The translations under genes and the position numbers were made by a program. A DNA stretch of 38,258 nucleotides from Craspedostauros australis (Eukaryota): positions 1-38,258 of the forward strand of contig JALAGF010003462.1 in the NCBI GenBank assembly GCA_030167865.1, written 5' to 3'. The stretch's first letter is position 1. Every line of letters starts with the position of its first letter. A model generated the notes under the pieces. It saw nothing but the letters and a program-made list of their open reading frames with translations, searched no databases and was not told where the DNA came from. Below, in pieces: positions 29,830 to 38,258 of the stretch.

Positions 29830-32054
29830 GGTGTCTGTTTTTGTTGTTGTGGTTGTTGTGGGGTTTGGGATTTTGTGAGCGATGGAAATCGTGACGGCAG
29901 TGCTGGCGTGCTGGTGTTTGATTGTTGGCGTTGGCAATGAGAGCGATTGCGGATTATGTCCTCAACGAACTGATCTGGAGATTGGCTCGTTGCCACATGT
30001 GCCTCTGATCACGGAGAAGGGCACGGTCTGCGCTATGCAGATGAACGTCATGGCAGCGATTGCGTGTGGTGTTGAAGACGCAGAACATTGGACTTTCCTG
30101 TGTGTCCACCCCACGTATCATCACACAACTATCTCAACTCCGCTCGACTCCACACACGCCACCGCCAAATCCAAACATAAGTTGGATACGCGAACACGAG
30201 CAACCGAAGGTGGGGATGCAGAGTTGAAGCACCTGACTTGAAGCAGCGGAATACATCCTCGATCATGTATGGATACATGCATGTTCTCTTGCCCCAGAGT
30301 GCTCATACGAGTACTGATACGTGTAGAATGGAGCGTGTCTACAGAGAGGATGCACAAGAGAGAAAGAGAGAGAGTGAGTGAATGACAATCTGGTCCATTT
30401 TGTGTCGCCGCCTCACCCTTCTCGTTTTGTTCTCTTCGCTTGTTTGGCGAAGACAATTTATCGCACTCATGACACAAACACGTGGAATGTCGTCCAATAG
30501 GAGTAAGTGCTGGTAACAATGGAGGAGAGTGATGAGGTGGAATGACCGTCCCACTTTGTCAACTACTTAAGGTGGCTGCTATTCTTTCTGCATCTGCAGC
30601 GGGGATGTATGAGTACAACTCTGTCCAATAAATTCCAACCTATTCGCGCGCCGGCTTGTTCGAAGGGAATGGACATACTCGCAGATGACATTTCCGAAGG
30701 ACGGTCGGGGCCTGCGCTGACAGCTTGGCCGAGTCAAAATGCGTTGCATTTGGGACGTCGTCCGAGCCTGGGGAGTGGTGGATGAACAAGACGGACCAAT
30801 GTGGCGCCTGCGACACAAACTACAACCCAACAGATACCAACGATGCCGCAGATGGAGGAGCACAAGCGGATGTTTGTTACTTTGTCGTCTTCCTCTCGTG
30901 GCGGCGCATTGTGGGCTTTGTGTAATCGACCGTCTCTCGTAGTTCATACAGCGCAGGAATGGAGCAGGCCCGGACTACTATTGCGCACATCAAATGCACA
31001 TCGAAACAGAGAACATGAAGAGCCAATTCAACACGTTCGGTAAATGATAATGGAGGCTTTGTTCCGTTCCAATTCTGTCTGCGTCGGAGTTTGTGTGTTT
31101 GTTCGTTACCAATTGGGAAATGCTTGATGTGCACTGCTCCACTATGCGACACAGGAGGACGCCCTTCCCGAAGACCAATGCAAAGAAAACAAATGTACAG
31201 TCAAGGAAACTGACATACAAGACCAGTTTGCACGACATTGCAAGACGTTCCGTACGTACAGACCGACAGCCATTGTGCATGCTAGCCTGCTGAACAAGAC
31301 CAACCGACAGCTTTCGGCCATGTTTCTGCCACTCTCTCTCTCTCTCCACGAATTCCTGCACACGATTTCGCTCAGGTGATTGTTTCCCATACTCTCTGGG
31401 GAGAACATCCGCAGAACAAGTGAATGTGGAAGAGAATGCTGGAGAGGGAAAGCTGCACGTGCCACGCATATTCGGTATCACCACAACAGGTCAGAGAGCG
31501 TGAGACTTTGCGAAGACAGATCAATGATAATATTGAGACCACTACGAGCACTGCGGGGGCAGGCCGGTGGGTGCTGGCATGTGGTGTTGTTGAACAGCAA
31601 TTAGACAGAGTGGCAGTGATCCGAAAGCTGTATCATAGTATGGGAGGAGATCTGTCGACACAGACGCAAGTACCTTCACACGGCCCAGCTCTCATTCTCT
31701 CATGCCAACCGCTTGCGAGGTTTTCAAAACAAGCAATCACACCAACAATAGATCAATGTAGAGCAGTGCGCGTATCATGTCACTAGAACGCAGCTTGAGG
31801 GGCATGGAGTGAGCTGCGCTGCGCTCGTGTCGCATGAACTAAAGGGATGTCGCAGCATCGCTGAAACGTTTGAGATGTCCGAGATGTTATGTTTCCGTTA
31901 AATACCAGTTATTCAAATCATCTCCTTTTCCACGCGCGTTTTGGATCTTTGGTGGATGTCGTGACTCTCACAACCAACAACAACGGATCATCTCGTTGAC
32001 GACATACTGAATGATCGGCATTTTCATTGACGACCAATCCTCCTTGACAACAGC

Positions 32055-33418
32055 ATGAGATCGATGACTGGTATCCGCCCATTGGCCATCGTCGCATGGT
32101 GCTGCGTTGCATCATCGACACGTGCCTTCGTGAGGAGTACCTGTCTCTCTCGACCAGGGTTGTCGGCAGAGACGCAGACACGAACGAAACCGGCAGTTGT
32201 CAAAGATACGCGATGGCCTCGCTCTGCGGCATCCTTGGGCAAGACGAGCCTCAACTTGATCCCGCTGGCGTCTGTTGACGAGTTCGATACCACGTTCTTC
32301 GCATCTCCGTTTGACGCACAAGGGACTCTCATTGATGATGACAGCAATGGCGGCGATGCCGATGCAAATGCTTGCAACCTGCAATACACGCTGTCCATCG
32401 TCGAAGAACAGGATCTGCCAGATCTTTCGCGGTTCATCGTTTCGTGCTTCGGCGCTGACATAATCCGCCTCAGTGACAACATGCCGAATCCCGAGCGGTT
32501 CCTGCTCTCGCCCGTGGTGGGTCTGCTCAATGCATACAGCTCCTTCTTGGCATTTGTCGAAGTGCTGAGCGGTGCCAGGCAGCGCACATCACGGCGCATG
32601 CAGCGCGAGAACGCGATCGCTTCACCGTCGGCAGCAGTCGATGGCGCCACATGCTCCGTCGAGGAAGCTTCGCAGGATTCATTGATTCTGGTCTTGGGAC
32701 GATCGAAAGCGGGCAGCGATTCGCAGACGGACATCATCGCAACGATCGAGCTTGGGTTGCAGGTGAGTGCGAAAGCGGATGTTGCGTTTGTTCGTTCGTT
32801 TGTTCGTTTGTGACGCAGTTCGATCCTCTCAGCTTGATGATCACGCTTCGACTGATTTGGACCTCACATTCCCACGAGCCACCACTCTGCCTTCACTCTC
32901 AACTTGCAAATGAACACGAATTGAATACGCAACATCCCCACACGAGTCCGTCCTTCCCATTTCAGCCTTGCGATGCCAAGATTCCGTTCACGTTGCCATG
33001 GCTGGACGTGCTGGAACGCCGCTTGGCATCATTCCTGGCAGCTGAAAAACGAAACAATCTCCATGGCAAAAAGGAGAACGCGAGCAATCTGCAACCGTAC
33101 CTCAGCAATCTGTGCGTCTCCGACGAATACCGAGGCAAGCGCATCGGGAGGGCGCTGGTGCAATGTGTGGAGTACATTGCGTCCGACATCTGGTCGCACG
33201 ATACCATGTACTTGCATGTCGATGAAGAGAACGCCCCCGCTCTTGGGTTGTACGTGAGTGAAGGCTACGAAGCTGCAGTTGGCAAACGATGGAATCCGAT
33301 TTGGGCCGGTGGTGTTTCCAAGGTTGGATACTACGGCAAGAAGTTGGCGGCTGACGGGCACACCAAGATGATGGGCAGAACGAGAACGAGAACAACTGCG
33401 GAGCGAAAGGCGTCGTAG
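32055..33418 (+). CDS. GNAT-family N-acetyltransferase with bipartite plastid-targeting presequence; exons 32055-32762, 32966-33418 (~386 aa)
   Basis: Signal peptide ending STRA|FVR (ASAFAP-like) followed by a Ser/Thr/Arg-rich transit region. Intron 32763-32965 (CAG|GTGAGT ... TTTCAG|CCT, phase 0). PYLSNLCVSDEYRGKRIGRALV (acetyl-CoA motif A) and MYLHVDEENAPALGLYVSEGY (motif B). Confidence 0.9.
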
Positions 33419-35441
33419 CGGGGAGTTGGTGGAAACTAACAGGAGCGCTTGCGGTGTACCTTACCCTTACGAACGAAGTGACCATCGAGTCATGCGGTCT
33501 TCCCGTTGGTGATCCGACGAGCCAGTTGGATTCATTCAAATCGCCGTGAATGGATGATGATATGGAACCGAGATGAAAATCGTTCTGTGAATATAATATA
33601 TATGGCACAAGCGAATCGCCATACTCGCAGGGCGGGCGAGCATATAATCCTGGATATGAAAGCATACGTTGTTGGCCGTGCGCTTGATGCGGTGCCTTCA
33701 TGCCGGAGTCGATCGTCTCCGACTGCAGACACCTTTGAGTTGCGATTGCGGGAGATTGTGGCAGATTGCGAAAAAATGCAAAAGTCATCGAAACGGACGA
33801 ATCACGAATCTGGTATACAGTCACGAATAGATCCCGCCAAAAAATGAGAGAAGCTAACCAAGCAAGCAAGACGTCATGTGTCTACCACGACTCTACCAAA
33901 CGAATGTCCCTGTCCATGTCCAGTGGCCGATTCATCAGCAACGGGTGTTTGTTCTTGTTATCCGTTGCTGCCTGCTGTTGTATTGGTTCCAAACTGATGT
34001 GATGGCTATTGCGCTCGCTTTGCATTCGAAACAATCCGCGGGATCCGTCGTTGTTCTGGTGGCTTCGATTGCGCTGTTGGATCAGGCACACCGCTCGCAT
34101 TAGTAGATCATATGACAAGACCGCACTCTATCTTGCATTGGCTACGAGAAGAACACCATGCGAGTCTGAGCAGAGCATGCGGTCGTGCCTTCGCCTGTGG
34201 TGTCATTGCTTGTGGAAAGACTGGGCCGTGTTGAGCAAAATGGATGTCACCGCAAGATGTCAACCATCTTGCAGTCGATACTTCAGTCGTCTTGTATCAT
34301 GGGGGCCGCCGGGATACTTCGAAATGCAGCACGTGAGGGCGGAGTTGTGCAATAGTACTGCCCAAGCACGATCAACCACGATCGCGTGTGGTACATTGGC
34401 AAGGGATGCCAACCCAAGACCAATCGTACAGGCAGATACTCTCACTCCCATACGTACACAAGAGAGACAAACCTTGGGAATCGATGCGGTTGCGCATGGC
34501 GCGCACCATTTCTGCCATACGAGGATGACCGATGTGGTCCCACACGACGAAGTCGAAATGCAACGACAGTGTGCCAGTATGTCGCTCACTGCTCACACAC
34601 ATCATACCATGATCAATCTTCGACATGACTGGTCATGACAAGCGACAACCTCTGAAACCGGGGCTTGTCATCTTTCTTCGAACATGGTTACAGTTAACGA
34701 TGGAAGCCGCAGCCTCCCGAGGCGGCGCCAAGCACTTTTTGGTCCTGGAGGATCGATGAGACATTTGTCCGTGGCATTGTGCATGGTACCACAAGCATAC
34801 GTACGACTACGTACATCCGCATCATCATTTGCGATAGACATGAACACGCGACGCAGGTGATGCATGTGCAGAGGCGATCCCATGAGGCCTCGAAAGCGAG
34901 GGAGCAAGATGTCACATGGGCATCGTGAGAGTGCGACGTGTGCGCTGCATACGTGTACGATCATGTGATTATTCTGCCCTGATCGACTCGATCTGACGTG
35001 TAGAATCGGACCCGAACGTGAAGCGGTGGCGATGCTATGTGCTGAACTGGAGGCGCGACGGATGCGACAGAATTACGTCACTCGGCGTGTACAAGTGTGC
35101 TGGACTCCTGGAATGACAGGTACTAATGCTTCATGCAATCTTCATGAACTCCAAGGAGAGCACATCACACCGAATCACAGACACGAGCGACACCAAACAA
35201 AGGCGTGATGCCCAACACACAACACATCATTCATTCCTATCGTTCGTCTCATGTCATCGCGGTTGGGTTCTTTTAGTTCGCTTTGCTCTGAGTTAGTTGC
35301 TGTTACTACATTATACATGGGAATCCTCGCCGTATGGTGTCGTGTTTGTGTCAAGATTGGCAATAGTGGAAAATCGTTGAGAAGTTGGTTGCACGTGCCA
35401 CCATGCGTGTGGCAGAATGAATTTTATGGCCGGCTCTGCGT

Positions 35442-36893
35442 TCAAGCCTTGAGATGCTTGACGCGCAGCTTGGCGCCGACGAACTTCCAAGTGAAGAAGA
35501 AGTCCATCGATCCTGGATCGGCGACCTCGATTTCGTACTTGGAGAAGATGCTGGGGAGGGTGGAGAAGATCTCGGCAGTGGCCAAGGACAGAGCCGGGCA
35601 GGAACGACTGCCCAAGCCGAACGTCAGCATGCTCTCCGTCATTTCCTTCGTGGGGTTCTCCCACCGCGATGGCTTGAATGCGTTGACGTCCTCGAAGATG
35701 GCCGCGTCTCTGTGCGACAGAACGTACGGCAAGAAGACCGTGGCGCCCTTCCGGATGCGGACCTTGCGGTTGGATGGCTGATCCAGGAAGATGAAGTCGC
35801 GGTTCACGATGCGGGCGGCACCCTGCGCGGCCACGGGCGTGAGGCGGTTCGATTCCGTGACGGCGCGCTTCAATCGTTCCGTGGCCTCCTGCGACTTGCC
35901 CTGCTTCATCAATGCTTGCAGCGCCTTCAATTCCTCGGGGTGTCTGGCGAGCTGGACGATGGCGTTGGCGATGGTGTGTCCCGTGGTGTCAGCACCGGCG
36001 ACGAGCAACGAGGCCAGTTCGCCAACCTTCTCGGCCTCCGTGAGGTTGTGAGGGCATTCCTCGATCATGCGGATGAAGGTCTTGCTCTTGGACTTGTTGG
36101 GGTTCTCGCGGTAAGCCTTGAGGACGACCTTGGCGAAGTCCTGCACGACCCTGCTGCAGCGGTGGGCCTTGCGGACGCCCGGGATGAAGAAGCCGAAGAC
36201 CTTGCGCAGGGGGTTCATGGTCTGGGCGAAGGTGAATTCGCGGAAGGCGTAGGCGAGGCAGGTGGTGAAGTTGTCGATCTCCTCATCGGTGCTGTGGTAC
36301 TCGAAGCCTGCCTCGACGATGGACTTGAAGATGATCTTTGGCAGGTGCGCGGATGGATCGAAGGTTCCGTCGGTGTCCACGATCTTCTCGAGGACCTCGT
36401 TCTCCCACTTCTTGACCTGCTTGATGCAGATGTTGTTCATGCGGTCGACCTCCGCGGACGAGAATGCCGAGGCCATCCATTTTCGCACTTCCTTGCGGCG
36501 GCTGTCCTTGTTGTCCCTGGTGGCCATGGAGGGGTAGCCGGTGATCTGGTCGAAGACCTTGTGCAGGCTCGCTGCCTTGTTGCTGGTGGCGTCCAGCAGG
36601 ATCTCGCGCTGGTCCCTGGCGTTGGCGATCACGTAGGCTCCTCCGGGAACTGGGAGGTTGTGCTGGAAGACGGAGGCGTTGAGCGTCTCGCGCAGGTTGA
36701 GGATGAACTCTGGTCCGCGGGAGCTGAGGACGTTGGCGAGGGTGGTGATGGGACCGACCGTGGACTTGACGGGGGCATCCTTGGCAGGCGGTTGCATCCA
36801 GAGGACGACAAGGCCGCCCACCAGGAGCAGGGGGAGAAGGATGACAGCTGATGTGTTGCTGTCAAACGCTTGAACGGTGTCAATGATGGACAT
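35442..36893 (-). CDS. Cytochrome P450 (paralog B), intronless
   Basis: TM anchor AVILLPLLLVGGLVVLW, I-helix LVAGADTTG, ESNR, FEDVNAFKPSRW, heme motif FGLGSRSCPA. Collinear with paralog A along its whole length. First ATG at 36893. Confidence 0.95.
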   Translation of the reverse strand: MSIIDTVQAFDSNTSAVILLPLLLVGGLVVLWMQPPAKDAPVKSTVGPITTLANVLSSRGPEFILNLRETLNASVFQHNLPVPGGAYVIANARDQREILLDATSNKAASLHKVFDQITGYPSMATRDNKDSRRKEVRKWMASAFSSAEVDRMNNICIKQVKKWENEVLEKIVDTDGTFDPSAHLPKIIFKSIVEAGFEYHSTDEEIDNFTTCLAYAFREFTFAQTMNPLRKVFGFFIPGVRKAHRCSRVVQDFAKVVLKAYRENPNKSKSKTFIRMIEECPHNLTEAEKVGELASLLVAGADTTGHTIANAIVQLARHPEELKALQALMKQGKSQEATERLKRAVTESNRLTPVAAQGAARIVNRDFIFLDQPSNRKVRIRKGATVFLPYVLSHRDAAIFEDVNAFKPSRWENPTKEMTESMLTFGLGSRSCPALSLATAEIFSTLPSIFSKYEIEVADPGSMDFFFTWKFVGAKLRVKHLKA

Positions 36894-36910
36894 GGTGGTG
36901 ATTGTTCTGA

Positions 36911-36967
36911 TGGAGTGAAGTTGAGTTGAGTTGAGTGGAACAGAGTTGAAGAGAGTGGAGTGGAGTT
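36911..36967 (+). repeat. Imperfect (TGAGT/TGGAG)n pentanucleotide repeat in the 5' UTR region of P450 B
   Basis: tggagtgaagttgagttgagttgagtggaacagagttgaagagagtggagtggagtt is seen directly. Confidence 0.6.
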
Positions 36968-38035
36968 CTCTGGGGTGGTCTGATTGTGTTTCTCGCAATG
37001 TTTGAGATTTATGGGATCAACTGTGATGGTTGCTTTTGCTGAGCTGCGAAATTATGGGATGAATAGCTGGTTTGTGGTCAGTATCTGAGGGATCACCGAG
37101 GATGTGAGTGCGCGGCCTCGTGTGTTGGTGTATGTCGTCGTGCACCACAAGTGATGTGTTTTCTTGCGTTTTGTGTGGTGGTTGGTTTTGGATGCGGTCG
37201 TATTTTATTTCTCGCTCGGATCGCAGCTTGAGTTTGTTGTTTGCGATCTTCATCGCGCGTTGTGACGTGAGGCCAAGGCGGCAAACTCCGTTCATTTGCG
37301 TCGCGCGATGGACCAAGACGGTGAATCGCTTATGCCTCTTCAGCATAGACTTAACGGCCCAAGAACCGAAAGAGCCCACCCAACACCGACACAAAAGGGA
37401 TTGGTCTTGAGGAACACGCGATTAAAACGCCTTCTTGTGTCCTTGCAAATTTGTCTTCCAGGGTCATCGCGAGATGCGACATCCCTTGGAAGCGGGAACG
37501 TTCGGTACACAGAAGAGAGGAGAGGAGAGCGAAGGAGGCTGCACAATCTCTGTGGGAAGCGCGGTAAATGCCATATAATGGTCGGTTTTGCTTTCTTCAC
37601 GCTTGAGGCATGTTGCGCGGTTTTGGGATCCGTAAAGTCATGCACAAATGGGACTACTTGAGCACGCCTTTCCCGTGTCGACATGACGTCGAGCTCATTT
37701 ACGCACGTGCTCGACATGTCCTGCACTGTGTGCCAATGACGGTGATGTCCGCTTTGCGCTCGTTCCACCCCTGTCGCGTCTGCTCCAACACACGCAAATT
37801 TCCAGACCCACGACCCATGGCATCGCCCCTTTCCTTCATCATCGCCGTGGGACACATTTGCCCCTTTCTTGTCGGCGAGATGTCCTCAGGTGGACATCGT
37901 CTTTCCAACTCGTACGTTTCTTCGCGCGGGGTAACTTTTGTGCCTTTGTCCCAGGCGGTTCCATCTCACATTGCTGTTCAGATGCATCACGGTGGTCGTA
38001 CAACATACACAGAATAATGCATCATACTCTGCAGT

Positions 38036-38257
38036 TCAATCAACGCGTTCGTCCACTGTCACACTCCGCCCACGCAAAGTCGTTTGTTTCCTCCACCATC
38101 GTTCTTGTTTCAAGGCAGCACAATCAGTTCGCGTGCTGTTCGTCATGTGCGCTGCATCAGTTGGTGGTGGCAACAGCGTTTGTGTCTCTCCTGTCCCCGG
38201 TGGTGGCGGTGGTGGCGGTGGTGCCCCATGCGCCCAACCACCTCCACTCCGCGTCCA
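38036..38257 (-). CDS. Possible 3' end of a gene entering from beyond the window (poly-Pro segment)
   Basis: Minus-strand frame open from the window edge to a TGA at 38036-38038, reading GGWAHGAPPPPPPPPGTGETQ...; no domain is recognisable. Confidence 0.25.
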   Translation of the reverse strand, partial: WTRSGGGWAHGAPPPPPPPPGTGETQTLLPPPTDAAHMTNSTRTDCAALKQERWWRKQTTLRGRSVTVDERVD

Positions 38258-38258
38258 C

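Noticed and set aside
30560-30950. Short coding-like stretch (CGACDTNYNPTDTND)
   Set aside because: Too short, no consistent frame or splice model, and no family recognised.
33420-35440. ORFs of 110-255 aa between the GNAT gene and P450 B, considered as a transposon or decayed gene
   Set aside because: No transposase, RT or integrase motifs, no terminal repeats and no coding bias that I can see.
35454-36851. 465-aa + strand ORF antisense to P450 B (also 28840-29580, 626-1477, 5101-5970 and 24231-24995)
   Set aside because: Shadow ORFs produced by strong C/G third-position bias of the real gene on the other strand; no motifs of their own.
1-38258. rRNA, tRNA, CRISPR array or intact transposable element
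   Set aside because: No such sequence signatures were recognised anywhere in the window.

Overview
Eukaryotic, intron-containing genomic DNA, most consistent with a diatom or related stramenopile (DUF6824 protein, ASAFAP-type plastid presequence, short GT-AG introns, compact gene spacing); the species cannot be determined. I can support 12 protein-coding genes and one frameshifted pseudogene. In order: a double-DUF6824 protein; a family-6-like uracil/hypoxanthine DNA glycosylase; a low-complexity protein with a C-terminal TM helix; a 3-exon, ~1880-aa type II surface protein (4 NIDO-like repeats + beta-helix + beta-propeller); two tandem divergent KDEL receptor (ERD2) genes; a Gln-rich Cys4 zinc-ribbon protein; an aldo-keto reductase; a fucosyltransferase-like protein; a truncated, frameshifted fragment of an ATPase/sensor-kinase-type helical region; a cytochrome P450; a plastid-targeted GNAT acetyltransferase; and a second P450. 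The most notable observations are: (1) both ERD2 copies keep the ligand-binding residues but replace the pH-sensor His with Arg, lack the C-terminal Lys signal and carry a long spliced-on tail; (2) the surface protein has a four-fold repeated domain with introns at equivalent positions in two repeats; (3) an AKR / glycosyltransferase / P450 / GNAT / P450 run resembles a tailoring-enzyme cluster; (4) an exact 27-bp copy of the P450 stop-codon region brackets the pseudogene segment. All family calls come from motif recognition by eye, not from database searches, and splice models are inferred from GT-AG sites plus frame continuity.
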